From: Planctomycetota bacterium
Lineage (GTDB): Bacteria; Planctomycetota; UBA1135; UBA2386
DNA: 64,000 nt
Reading direction: 5' to 3'
NCBI GenBank assembly: GCA_965228735.1
Contig: OZ245838.1
Span: forward strand, 3,200,001 to 3,264,000
This document shows, piece by piece, positions 1-8,518 of the stretch (position 1 is the first letter of the stretch; every line of letters begins with the position of its first letter). A program made the position numbers and the translations under genes. Below the pieces are notes generated by a model, which saw nothing but the letters and a program-made list of their open reading frames with translations, was not told the origin of the DNA and did no database searches.

Positions 1-77
1 CGATTTATCGCGGAATTCCGACCGACTGCGCGTGGCCACGGTGGGTTGGTATGGTCCTCGTTCGCGAAGGAACCCCC

Positions 78-647
78 ATGACCGATCTGCTGTCGCTCGA
101 CCGCTACCTCATCCGCCGCAAGATCCTCAAGGTCTTCGGCGCGAGCTTTCACGTCTACTCCGGCGAGCGCATCGTCGGCTTCTGCGCGCAGAAGGCGTTC
201 AAGCTCAAGGAGGACATCCGGATCTTCACCGACGAGAGCCAGGGCGAAGCGCTGCTCGAGATCCGCGCGCGGCAGATCATCGACTTCGCCGCGGCCTACG
301 ACATCATCGATCCACGCGAGGGGCGCAAGGTCGGCGCGGCGCGCCGCCGGGGCTTTCGCTCGATGATCCGCGACTCGTGGGAGATCCTCGACGAGAGCGA
401 TGCGCCGATCGCGGAGGTCAGGGAGGACAGCACGGGCATGGCGCTGCTGCGGCGGTTCCTTTCGAACCTCATCCCGCAGAGCTTCCACGTGAACGCGGGC
501 AGCTCGCAGGTGGCCCGCTTCAAGCAGCACTTCAACCCGTTCGTCTATCGCCTCGAGGTCAGCGTCGACAAGAACACCCCGGTCGATCGCCGGCTGATCT
601 TCGGCGCGGCCGTGCTGCTCGCCGCGATCGAAGGGCGGCAGAACTGA
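78..647 (+). CDS. LURP-one/scramblase (Tubby C-terminal-like) family protein
   Basis: ATG at 78 after GAAGGA; pattern QKAFKLKEDIRIF...IIDFAAAYDIID...SMIRDSWEI...VDRRLIFGAAVLL is typical of this family; GC3-rich codons. Confidence 0.75.
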   Translation: MTDLLSLDRYLIRRKILKVFGASFHVYSGERIVGFCAQKAFKLKEDIRIFTDESQGEALLEIRARQIIDFAAAYDIIDPREGRKVGAARRRGFRSMIRDSWEILDESDAPIAEVREDSTGMALLRRFLSNLIPQSFHVNAGSSQVARFKQHFNPFVYRLEVSVDKNTPVDRRLIFGAAVLLAAIEGRQN

Positions 648-655
648 GCCGCGCC

Positions 656-934
656 GTGGAGCCGACGAACGTTGACGTCGAGTGCGGTTCGTGCGGCCGC
701 GCGTTCGTCGCGGACGCGAAGTTCGCGGGCGGCTTCACGAACTGCCCGGGGTGCGGCAAGGCGACCGCGGTGCCCGGCCTCGACGATCCGCTGTGGCGCC
801 TCGCGCAGGTCGGCGGACTCGTGCTCGCGGTGCTCGTCGGGTTCGGCGTCGGCGCGGCCTTCGGCCCAGGCTTCGGGATCGGCGCGGGGCTGCTGGCTGC
901 CGGGGCGCTCTGGCTCGTGAGTCGCGGCTTCTGA
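656..934 (+). CDS. small zinc-ribbon protein with C-terminal hydrophobic segment(s)
   Basis: GTG 8 nt after the previous stop; CGSC...CPGC knuckles followed by a Gly-rich hydrophobic stretch; it is the 3' part of track ORF 32..934. Confidence 0.7.
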   Translation: MEPTNVDVECGSCGRAFVADAKFAGGFTNCPGCGKATAVPGLDDPLWRLAQVGGLVLAVLVGFGVGAAFGPGFGIGAGLLAAGALWLVSRGF

Positions 935-1011
935 GCGAGGTTGCCCGCGAAGCGGGCAAACTCGCTCAGGACCTCGCCGCGCTCCTGCGGAGCGCCGCTT
1001 CGGTTCTGAGC
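931..1011. repeat. double-hairpin palindromic repeat, copy 1 (REP/BIME-like)
   Basis: CTGAGCGAGGTTGCCCGC-GAA-GCGGGCAAACTCGCTCAG, then a second imperfect hairpin ending GGTTCTGAGC; near-identical copy at 26503-26582. Confidence 0.85.
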
Positions 1012-1025
1012 CGCGGCGTCGGGCG

Positions 1026-2204
1026 CTACGGCAACATCACGCGCAGCGCGTTCGAGAACGACATGCCGCCGGGCACGGGCTCGAAACAGGCCTGCTGCGC
1101 GAAGAACGCCGTGCCCGTCCAGGTGCCGGGCGGGATCGCGACGTTGAACGTGAGCGTCGCCGGGCTCGTCGCGCTCGTCAGCCCGTACGCGGGGATCACG
1201 ACGTCGGTGTAGAGCGTGCAACCGCTCGTGCCGAGCAACGGGTCGACGAGGAACGGCAACGCCTGCCCCGAGTAGCTCGTCGTCGAGAACCCGATGATCG
1301 TCACCCCGAGCACGTTCGGCGCGTGATTGCCGGACTCGAGCGCGAGCGTCGTGCCCGGCAGGTTGGCGCCGTTGGCCACGAGTTCGACCGGGCCCGCAGC
1401 GCCGGCGCAGCCGGTGCCGATCGGCAGCGCGAAGCCACCACGGCCGACCTCGATGTTGTCGAGGCCGTAGGTCGCGCCCTCGAAGTGCAGCCACATCGCA
1501 TCCCAGAGCGTCGGGTTGGTCGCGTCCGCGGCCGACTGGTCGAGCGCGAGCGGGACGTCCTGCAGCCCGGCCACGGCGGTGAGGCCGGGCTCGTTGAGCG
1601 TGAGGTTCTGCACGAACACGGAGCCGGCACCCGCGCCGCCGTTGGCGCCCAGGTCCATGAGCACGCGAACGCGCACCCAGTTGCCGCCGCCGATCTGACC
1701 AACGGTGCTGAGCGGCACCTGCACGAACGTCTGGTCCGCGGCATAGAGGCGCAGCTGCACGTTCGACTGCGTGCCGATCGTGAAGCGGACGCCGCGCTCG
1801 CCGGGCTGGTTGCCGCGGATCACCGTGTCGTTGTTGGTGTCGTGCGCGAGCCCGAACGAGCCGCCCCAGAAGCCGACCTGGATGTCGGCCTGGAACATCG
1901 CGTTCGTCTCGACACCGCCGAACGCAGGGTACAGCCAGTTGCTGTCGTTGATACGCGACGCGTCGCAGCCGTAGCCCGGGCCGACCTCCTGGAAGCGCAG
2001 CGACTTGGTGCCGTCGTGCGACAACGTCGCGGTCACGCCGCACCGGTTGGCCGCGTTGAACGTCTGCTCGCTCCAGTTGTCCTGGCCGTCGAGCTGCGTG
2101 AACGGGTGCGGATCCGACCCGTTGAGACCCTCGAAGTCGTAGCGGAACTGGGCGGTGGCGGCGGATGCGAACAGCAGGGCGACGAGGACCGGGGCAGACT
2201 TCAT
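1026..2204 (-). CDS. secreted protein: beta-sandwich-like N domain plus shared C-terminal domain
   Basis: Signal peptide MKSAPVLVALLFASAATA|Q; C-terminus GTGC...GTSGC...FFAQ...SNALRVMLP; start trimmed from track ORF 1026..3002. Confidence 0.8.
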   Translation of the reverse strand: MKSAPVLVALLFASAATAQFRYDFEGLNGSDPHPFTQLDGQDNWSEQTFNAANRCGVTATLSHDGTKSLRFQEVGPGYGCDASRINDSNWLYPAFGGVETNAMFQADIQVGFWGGSFGLAHDTNNDTVIRGNQPGERGVRFTIGTQSNVQLRLYAADQTFVQVPLSTVGQIGGGNWVRVRVLMDLGANGGAGAGSVFVQNLTLNEPGLTAVAGLQDVPLALDQSAADATNPTLWDAMWLHFEGATYGLDNIEVGRGGFALPIGTGCAGAAGPVELVANGANLPGTTLALESGNHAPNVLGVTIIGFSTTSYSGQALPFLVDPLLGTSGCTLYTDVVIPAYGLTSATSPATLTFNVAIPPGTWTGTAFFAQQACFEPVPGGMSFSNALRVMLP

Positions 2205-2375
2205 GGTGTGGCTCGGGGTGAGAGGGACGTGGACCGCACCACGATAGCCGGTAGCCCCGCGGCCCGGGTCACAACACCGCGAGCGACAGGCCGATGACGC
2301 GAACGCGGCCGCCACACGAGCAGATTCCTCGCGGAATCCGCGTGGCAACGCGCGCGAACCGACGCCTTCCTCGTC

Positions 2376-3350
2376 ATGTCGCACGCATCCAGGGCGCAAC
2401 GCGCTGTTCCGAACCCTCGAACCCAGGGCCCGCTCCCGGCAGGCGGAACCCTGATCACGCTGCTCGCCTCGGCCGCGATCACGGCGGCGGGGTGGATGCT
2501 GTGGCCCGCCAATCCAGGCGAACTCGACCTGCCGCGTGTGGTTGTCGAGGTCCCGTTCACTGGCCCGATCCAGCCAGCGGATGTCGACACGGTGCTTGCC
2601 GGCGACTCCATGAACGCGATCGGGAACGAGCTCGTCAACGTGCAGCAGCGCGTGCAAGCACTCGCCGAACACGACGATCACGGGGTCGCCATGGCGTCGC
2701 CCGGAGAAGCCACGGCAGCCACATTCCGCCGCATCTACCAGCGGGACACGCGCGACGCCGCGCACGACTTCCTGCTCGCAGCCGATGTGCTCAACGTCGA
2801 CGCGATGGTGCGCAATGCGACGTTCAACCCCCGCGATGTCGTCGTCGACGAGCAGGACATCGAACTGCTGCACGAAGTCGCGCGCCTGCACCAGCGACGA
2901 ATTCGGATCGTGCGCGAATCCCGGGCCGCAGCTCAGGCCCACGCCGTCGAGCAGCTCGCTCGCACGGATGGGCTGCATCGCATCGCCGACGCCCGCGAGC
3001 ACCTCTCAGCCGCAGACCGGCAGACGATCGAGGAGCAGGCCAGAGCCATTGCAGACCGCTACAACGTCACGATCGAACGCGCGCGACTCGGACTCGAGAC
3101 GGACCTGCTGGCCGACGCACTGTCTGCCGACGCGTCGTTCTACTTCGGCGGCGAGGCCTACTTCGCGCCGCAAGGGTCCGTGAATCCGGGGCTCCGTCGA
3201 TTCGACGAGTGCCGCGAGTTCCTCGCGATGGAGATGTTCGGCGACGTGCTGGCAGTGTTCCTGCACGCCGGTGCGCTGAGCCGCGGAGAAGCCGTCCAGG
3301 CCTACGAACGTGTGATGGCGCGCGCTGGCAACGGAGCCAGCGGCGGATGA
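2376..3350 (+). CDS. hypothetical protein with a single N-terminal transmembrane helix
   Basis: Hydrophobic TLITLLASAAITAAGWMLW followed by a helical-looking region; fills the gap upstream of the Cys-rich pair; start uncertain. Confidence 0.6.
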   Translation: MSHASRAQRAVPNPRTQGPLPAGGTLITLLASAAITAAGWMLWPANPGELDLPRVVVEVPFTGPIQPADVDTVLAGDSMNAIGNELVNVQQRVQALAEHDDHGVAMASPGEATAATFRRIYQRDTRDAAHDFLLAADVLNVDAMVRNATFNPRDVVVDEQDIELLHEVARLHQRRIRIVRESRAAAQAHAVEQLARTDGLHRIADAREHLSAADRQTIEEQARAIADRYNVTIERARLGLETDLLADALSADASFYFGGEAYFAPQGSVNPGLRRFDECREFLAMEMFGDVLAVFLHAGALSRGEAVQAYERVMARAGNGASGG

Positions 3351-3383
3351 TCCACGGCGTCGGCCTCTCGAACCGGAGTTGTC

Positions 3384-3785
3384 ATGAAACAGCTGATTCT
3401 CGGGCTCTGTGCGTCCATCGCGACGCTCACCCTCCTCGCCGCAGTCCCTGATCCGCAGGAACCCGCCAACCCGATCCAGCTGTGTCCCGGCTGTCGCGCG
3501 CTGACCGTCGGCTTGCCGCCGGTCTGCCAGCTCGGCGTCGGCGTCACGCTCGATCGCGACATCACGATCGCCGGCACGTGCGCATGCGTCGGCCCCGAGT
3601 GTCGACAGGCCCGGAACTGCCTCGCGATCCTGCAGGCGACCGTAACGGACCCTACGGGTCCGCAAACGTTCACCGCGAGCGTCAACTCGTGCGGTGGCTC
3701 GCAGCAGATGTTCGTCACCGGCCAGGGCTGCGCGCCCGGCTTCGTGCTCGCGTCCTGCACCGCGTGCGCCGAGAGCTGCCTCTGA
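3384..3785 (+). CDS. secreted cysteine-rich protein, paralog 1 (133 aa, 12 mature Cys)
   Basis: GGAG RBS; signal peptide MKQLILGLCASIATLTLLAA; colinear paralog immediately downstream. Confidence 0.85.
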   Translation: MKQLILGLCASIATLTLLAAVPDPQEPANPIQLCPGCRALTVGLPPVCQLGVGVTLDRDITIAGTCACVGPECRQARNCLAILQATVTDPTGPQTFTASVNSCGGSQQMFVTGQGCAPGFVLASCTACAESCL

Positions 3786-3801
3786 TCCCAAGGAGTCCAC
3801 A

Positions 3802-4203
3802 ATGCCAAAGCTCATCCTCGGACTGTTCGCGTCGCTCGCGATGCTCCTCCTCATGGCCGCCGTTCAGGATCCGCAAGGACCACACAACCCGGTCCAGATC
3901 TGCGGCGGCTGTTCGGCCTTCTCGGCCGGCTTGCCGCCGATCTGCCCGGCCAACGTCGGGGTCACCGTCGATCGCAAGATCTTCCGACCCGGCGTCTGCG
4001 GCTGCGTCGGCGCGGAATGCCAGCAGGCCCGCAACTGCCTCGCCATCTACCAGATGACCGTGACGGACGCCCAGGGCGCCCACACGTTCACCGCCAGCAC
4101 CAACCAGTGCGGCGGCTACGAGGATGGGAGTCCGACGGGGGAGGGCTGCAGCCCCGGCTTCATCTTCGCGACCTGCACGCCTTGCGCCGAGAGCTGTCTC
4201 TAG
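3802..4203 (+). CDS. secreted cysteine-rich protein, paralog 2 (133 aa, 12 mature Cys)
   Basis: AGGAG RBS, ATG 3802; same length and Cys spacing as 3384..3785; both end CAESCL. Confidence 0.85.
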   Translation: MPKLILGLFASLAMLLLMAAVQDPQGPHNPVQICGGCSAFSAGLPPICPANVGVTVDRKIFRPGVCGCVGAECQQARNCLAIYQMTVTDAQGAHTFTASTNQCGGYEDGSPTGEGCSPGFIFATCTPCAESCL

Positions 4204-4229
4204 TCGACAGCGAGACGGCACTGACGGAT

Positions 4230-4259
4230 CGTCGAGGTCGTCCACCGACGACCTCGGCG
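4230..4259 (+). terminator. hairpin downstream of the Cys-rich pair (possible terminator)
   Basis: CGTCGAGGTCGTC-CACC-GACGACCTCGGCG, 13-bp stem with one G-U; no U-tract. Confidence 0.4.
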
Positions 4260-4474
4260 CGCCTGCCTCGGGCCGCCGCACTCGGCGCGGGTATCCCTCG
4301 TGGCTGGTGCGACGGCAGGAGGGCGTTTTCCGGTGCGGGTCCGCCCGCGCTGGACCAAGGCCTGTGGCGTTCCCCCGGCCCCCGCGCCGATCCGCCGCAC
4401 CCGCGAGGAGGCGCCGCAGGAATAGTCCGGGTCAGGCTTGCCCTCGGCCCGCGCGGCGGGACGCTCGCGCTTGC

Positions 4475-6046
4475 ATGACGTCGATCGACGCCGAACTCGA
4501 GTCCTTCCGGGAACTGCAGACCCGGCTCCCCGCGATCTGGGGTGAGGTCCACGCGCAGCCGCGCGAGCCACACTCGTGCGTGATCGTGCCGTCGCTGAGC
4601 TTCGATCAGGAGGAGCTCCAGAAGGTCAAGGGCGTGCCGTTCTACGAGGAGCGGCTCATGTTCATGCTCATGCGGCTGCGACGCCCGGGCGCGCGGCTCA
4701 TGTACATCACGAGCCAGCCCGTCGACGAGGACATCGTCGACTACTACCTGCAGATGCTCGCGGGCATCCCGGCGGTGCACGCGAAGCGCCGGCTCACGAT
4801 GCTGTGCGTGCAGGACGCGAGCCCGCGCGCGCTGACCGAGAAGATCCTCGAACGGCCGCGCGTCGTCGAACGGATCAGGAACTGGATCGGCGATCCGAAC
4901 CGGGCCTACATGAGCTGCTTCGCGACGTCGCCGCTCGAGCGCTCGCTCGCGGTGCGGCTCGGCATTCCGCTCAACGGCGCCGACCCCGAGCTGCTGACCC
5001 TCGGCAGCAAGTCCGGTTCGCGCGAGACGTTTCGCGCCGCCGGCATCGAGCTGCCCGACGGCGTCGAGAACCTGAAGGACGAGGACGAAGCCATCGCCGC
5101 GCTCGACGAGCTGCAGCAGAAGAAACCCGCGCTGCGGCGCGCGGTCGTCAAGCTCAACGCCGGGTTCTCGGGCGAGGGCAACGCGCTGTTCACGTATCCG
5201 ACGCCGATGCCGAACGGCTCCGGACCGCGCCGCGACGCGATCCGCTCGGCGCTCGCGAAGCTCAAGTTCTCGGCACCCGATCACACGCAGTCCGAGTTCT
5301 TCGACAAGTTCGCCGAGATGGGCGGCGTGGTCGAGGAGTTCCTCGAAGCCGAGGAAGTGCACTCCCCGAGCGTGCAGCTGCGCATCACGCCGGCCGGCGA
5401 GCTGCAGATCATCTCGACCCACGACCAGGCGCTCGGCGGTGACTCCGGCCAGGTCTACCTCGGCTGCCGCTTCCCGGCGAACGCCGACTACCGCGCGCTG
5501 ATCACCGAACGCGCCCACTACGTCGGCGAGGTGCTGCGCGACCGCGGCGTGCTCGGCCGCTTCGCGATCGACTTTCTGGTCTGCCGCAGCCCGGGCGAGG
5601 ACTGGCAGTGCGCGGCGATCGAGATCAACCTGCGCATGGGCGGCACGACGTTCCCGTTCATCGCCCTCGAGTTCCTGACCGGCGGCGCGATCGGCGGCGC
5701 CGGGGACTACCGATCGCGCACCGGCGTGCAGAAGTTCTACTTCGCCACGGACGCGCTCGTGGCGCCGTCGTACCGCGGCCTGCTGCCGCAGGACTTCCTC
5801 GAGATCGTCATCGACCACGGCCTGCACTTCAGCCCGCAGACCGAGACCGGCGTCCTGTTCCACATGATCGGCGCGATGTCCGAGTTCGGGAAGCTCGGCG
5901 TCATCTGCATCGGCAACAGCGCCGCGGAGGCGGACGAGCTGTATGCGCGGACGCGCGGGGTTCTCGACGCCGAAACCTGCGCCGAGCGCGCCGCCGAGGG
6001 CCAGATGCTGTCGATGTTCAACGACTTCCCGGGGCTCTACGAATAG
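4475..6046 (+). CDS. PGM1-related ATP-grasp peptide/carboxylate-amine ligase
   Basis: VPSLSFD...YEERL...DYYL...LTEKILERP N region; ATP-grasp motifs VVKLNAGFSGEGNA, SPSVQLRI, STHDQ, YLGCRFPA, EINLRMGGTT. Confidence 0.8.
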   Translation: MTSIDAELESFRELQTRLPAIWGEVHAQPREPHSCVIVPSLSFDQEELQKVKGVPFYEERLMFMLMRLRRPGARLMYITSQPVDEDIVDYYLQMLAGIPAVHAKRRLTMLCVQDASPRALTEKILERPRVVERIRNWIGDPNRAYMSCFATSPLERSLAVRLGIPLNGADPELLTLGSKSGSRETFRAAGIELPDGVENLKDEDEAIAALDELQQKKPALRRAVVKLNAGFSGEGNALFTYPTPMPNGSGPRRDAIRSALAKLKFSAPDHTQSEFFDKFAEMGGVVEEFLEAEEVHSPSVQLRITPAGELQIISTHDQALGGDSGQVYLGCRFPANADYRALITERAHYVGEVLRDRGVLGRFAIDFLVCRSPGEDWQCAAIEINLRMGGTTFPFIALEFLTGGAIGGAGDYRSRTGVQKFYFATDALVAPSYRGLLPQDFLEIVIDHGLHFSPQTETGVLFHMIGAMSEFGKLGVICIGNSAAEADELYARTRGVLDAETCAERAAEGQMLSMFNDFPGLYE

Positions 6047-6047
6047 C

Positions 6048-7634
6048 ATGACGGCCGACCCGCGCTTCGACCGGCGGACCCGGCGAACCGAGGCCGCGGC
6101 CTGGACCGCGTCCTCACGTCGGGGCGTCGTCGCGTGCGCGCACTACCTCGCGGCGGACGCCGGCCAGCAGGCGCTGCAGAACGGTGGTTCGGCAGTGGAC
6201 GCCGCGATCGCCGCGGCACTGGCGCTCAACGTGTGCGAACCCGCCGCGTCCGGACTCGGCGGCATGGCCATGGCGCTGGTCCAGGCCACCGATCAGACCG
6301 CGGCAGCGTGCTTCGCGGGGCCGTGCGTCGCGCCGGCCGCCGCGACCCCGGAGCGCGTCGCCGAGGCCAACCGCAACCGCGGCCATCGGGCCGTCGCCGT
6401 GCCGGGTGCACCGGCGGTGTGGGCCGCGTTGCACCGACGCTTCGGCCGCCTGCCGTTCCGCGAGCTCGTCGGGCCGGCAGTCGAGATCGCCAGAGCCGGC
6501 TTCCCGCTCACGAACCTGCAGCGCGAGCTCGTCACGACCTACAAGGGCCCGCTGCGCCGCCGCCCGATCGGCGCGCTGTTCTTCGCGCCCGACGGGACGG
6601 CGCTCCCGGCCGGCACCCTCGTGCGCCAGCCCGCGCTCGCGCGCACCCTCGAGCACCTCGGCACGGCCGGGCCGATGGACGTCTACCGCGGCGAGATCGC
6701 GCGGATGATCGTCGCCGACATGGAGCAGAACGGCGGCTTCGTCGCGGCAACGGACCTCGAGCAGGTCACGGAACCCGAGCCGACCGACCCGATCACCGCA
6801 CCACTCGGCGCGGCGCGCGTGTTCACGGTCGGACCACCAGCCGGCGGCCTCGCGCTCGCGCAGCTCTGCGCGATGGCGACCGCGTGCGACCACGCGCTCG
6901 ACGTGCGCGACCCTCGCGACCTGGACCTGGTCGCGGAGATGATTCGGCGCGTGCGGCGGGACCGGCAGCGCTACCGCCTCGAGATCGGCGGTCGCGAGCT
7001 CGGACAGGCCAGAGAGCTCCTCGAGCCCGAGTTCGTGCAGGCCGCGTTGCAGGAGGTACGGCGCCGGCTGCGGCAGAACCCGGGCGAGACGTCCCACATC
7101 TCGGCGATGGACAACAGCGGCATGACGGTCGCGATGACCGTGTCGATCGAGCGCAGCTTCGGCTCGGCCTGCATGAGCCCCGAGCTCGGCTTCCTCTACA
7201 ACGGCTACCTGCGCGGCTTCAAGGTGCAGAACCGCCGTCATCCGCACTTCCTGCGGCCCGGCGCTCCGGCGCGGTCCAACGCTGCGCCGACGATCGCGCG
7301 CGACGCAAACGGCCGCGTGACGGCCCTCGGTTCCACGGGCTCCGAACGCATGACCTCGGGCATCTTCACGACGCTGCTGCGGTTGCAGTTCGAGGAGCCG
7401 TTCGACGCCGTGGCCGGCCCCCGCATCCACTGCACGCCGAGCGGCGACGTGCTCGCGGAGCTCGAGCGCTGGTCGCCCGAGTGCACGGCTGTGCTGACGG
7501 CGCGCCACGCCGTGACCGACCTCGGGGCATACGCATTCCAGTTCGGCGGTCTGCACCTCGCCACGCGCTCGGGCAACCGGCTGACCGGCGTCGCGGAGCC
7601 GCGGCGGGACGGCGGCGTCGGGGTCGCGGAGTAA
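6048..7634 (+). CDS. ggt: gamma-glutamyltransferase family (Ntn-hydrolase) protein, no signal peptide
   Basis: GGSAVDAAIA, EPAASGLGG, AVAVPG, QPALARTL, autoprocessing site GE|TSHISAMD, C-terminal EPRRDG; ATG 1 nt after the upstream stop. Confidence 0.9.
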   Translation: MTADPRFDRRTRRTEAAAWTASSRRGVVACAHYLAADAGQQALQNGGSAVDAAIAAALALNVCEPAASGLGGMAMALVQATDQTAAACFAGPCVAPAAATPERVAEANRNRGHRAVAVPGAPAVWAALHRRFGRLPFRELVGPAVEIARAGFPLTNLQRELVTTYKGPLRRRPIGALFFAPDGTALPAGTLVRQPALARTLEHLGTAGPMDVYRGEIARMIVADMEQNGGFVAATDLEQVTEPEPTDPITAPLGAARVFTVGPPAGGLALAQLCAMATACDHALDVRDPRDLDLVAEMIRRVRRDRQRYRLEIGGRELGQARELLEPEFVQAALQEVRRRLRQNPGETSHISAMDNSGMTVAMTVSIERSFGSACMSPELGFLYNGYLRGFKVQNRRHPHFLRPGAPARSNAAPTIARDANGRVTALGSTGSERMTSGIFTTLLRLQFEEPFDAVAGPRIHCTPSGDVLAELERWSPECTAVLTARHAVTDLGAYAFQFGGLHLATRSGNRLTGVAEPRRDGGVGVAE

Positions 7635-7639
7635 TCGCC

Positions 7640-8386
7640 ATGCCGAGCCCACTCACGATCGTCACGGGCAGCTCGCGCGGCATCGGTCGCGCCGTCGTCG
7701 AAGCGTTGCTGGCCCGCGGTCACGACGTCGCGGGCGTCGCGCGTTCGCGGCCGAACGCTCTCGACCACGAACGCTACACCCACTTCGAGTGCGACCTCGA
7801 CGACCTCGACGCGGTAGCGCGCACGTTCGAGCGTGACCTGCCCGCCCAGCTGTCGCTCGCCGGCCGGCGGCGCATCGGCCTCGTGAACAACGCGGCCGTG
7901 CTCGACATCGAGTCGGTCGCGAGCGCGCGCCTCGAACACCTCGACCGGTCGTTCCGGGTCAACGTCGCGGTGCCGGTCTGGCTGCACGGCTGGCTCTGCC
8001 GCACGGCACCCGCCGAGGTCACCCTGCGGATCATCGACCTGTCGAGCGGCGCCGCGCAGAACGCCTATCCCGGCTGGGTCGCCTACTGCGCGAGCAAGGC
8101 CGCCCTCGCGATGGCCGGGCGGGTCCTGGCGGAGGAACTCGGTGAGGTGCCACAACTGCGCGGCCGCGACCTCGCGCTCGTGTCCTACGCCCCGGGCGTC
8201 GTCGCGACCGGGATGCAGGAGTCGATCCGGTCGGCCGACGAGACGGAGTTCCCCCGCCGCCAACGCTTCGTCGAACTGCACGACGGCGGCGAGCTCATCG
8301 ATCCGGCCGGCCCCGCTGCCGAGATCGCTGAGCTGATCGAGTGCGCGGACCTCCCGCCGTTCTCGGCCCGGCGTTTCGGCGGCTGA
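7640..8386 (+). CDS. short-chain dehydrogenase/reductase (benzil/sepiapterin reductase-like)
   Basis: TGSSRGIG, NNA, SSGAA, YCASK (YxxxK), APGVVATGMQ. Confidence 0.9.
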   Translation: MPSPLTIVTGSSRGIGRAVVEALLARGHDVAGVARSRPNALDHERYTHFECDLDDLDAVARTFERDLPAQLSLAGRRRIGLVNNAAVLDIESVASARLEHLDRSFRVNVAVPVWLHGWLCRTAPAEVTLRIIDLSSGAAQNAYPGWVAYCASKAALAMAGRVLAEELGEVPQLRGRDLALVSYAPGVVATGMQESIRSADETEFPRRQRFVELHDGGELIDPAGPAAEIAELIECADLPPFSARRFGG

Positions 8387-8518
8387 GGCCGGCCATCGCG
8401 AACGGCTCGAGGATCGCTGCGTCGATTCCGGGCCCGGCGCCGCAGGCCGCGAACGAACAGTTGAGCGCATCCGCGGTCACCCCGTGATCGAAGGTCTCCA
8501 ATGCGGCACTGCCGCCCG

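Noticed and set aside
3384..6046. Cys-rich twins as RiPP precursors for the PGM1-like ligase
   Set aside because: The twins have Sec signal peptides while the ligase looks cytoplasmic. A hairpin and a 271-bp gap separate them, and no leader/core pattern is visible.
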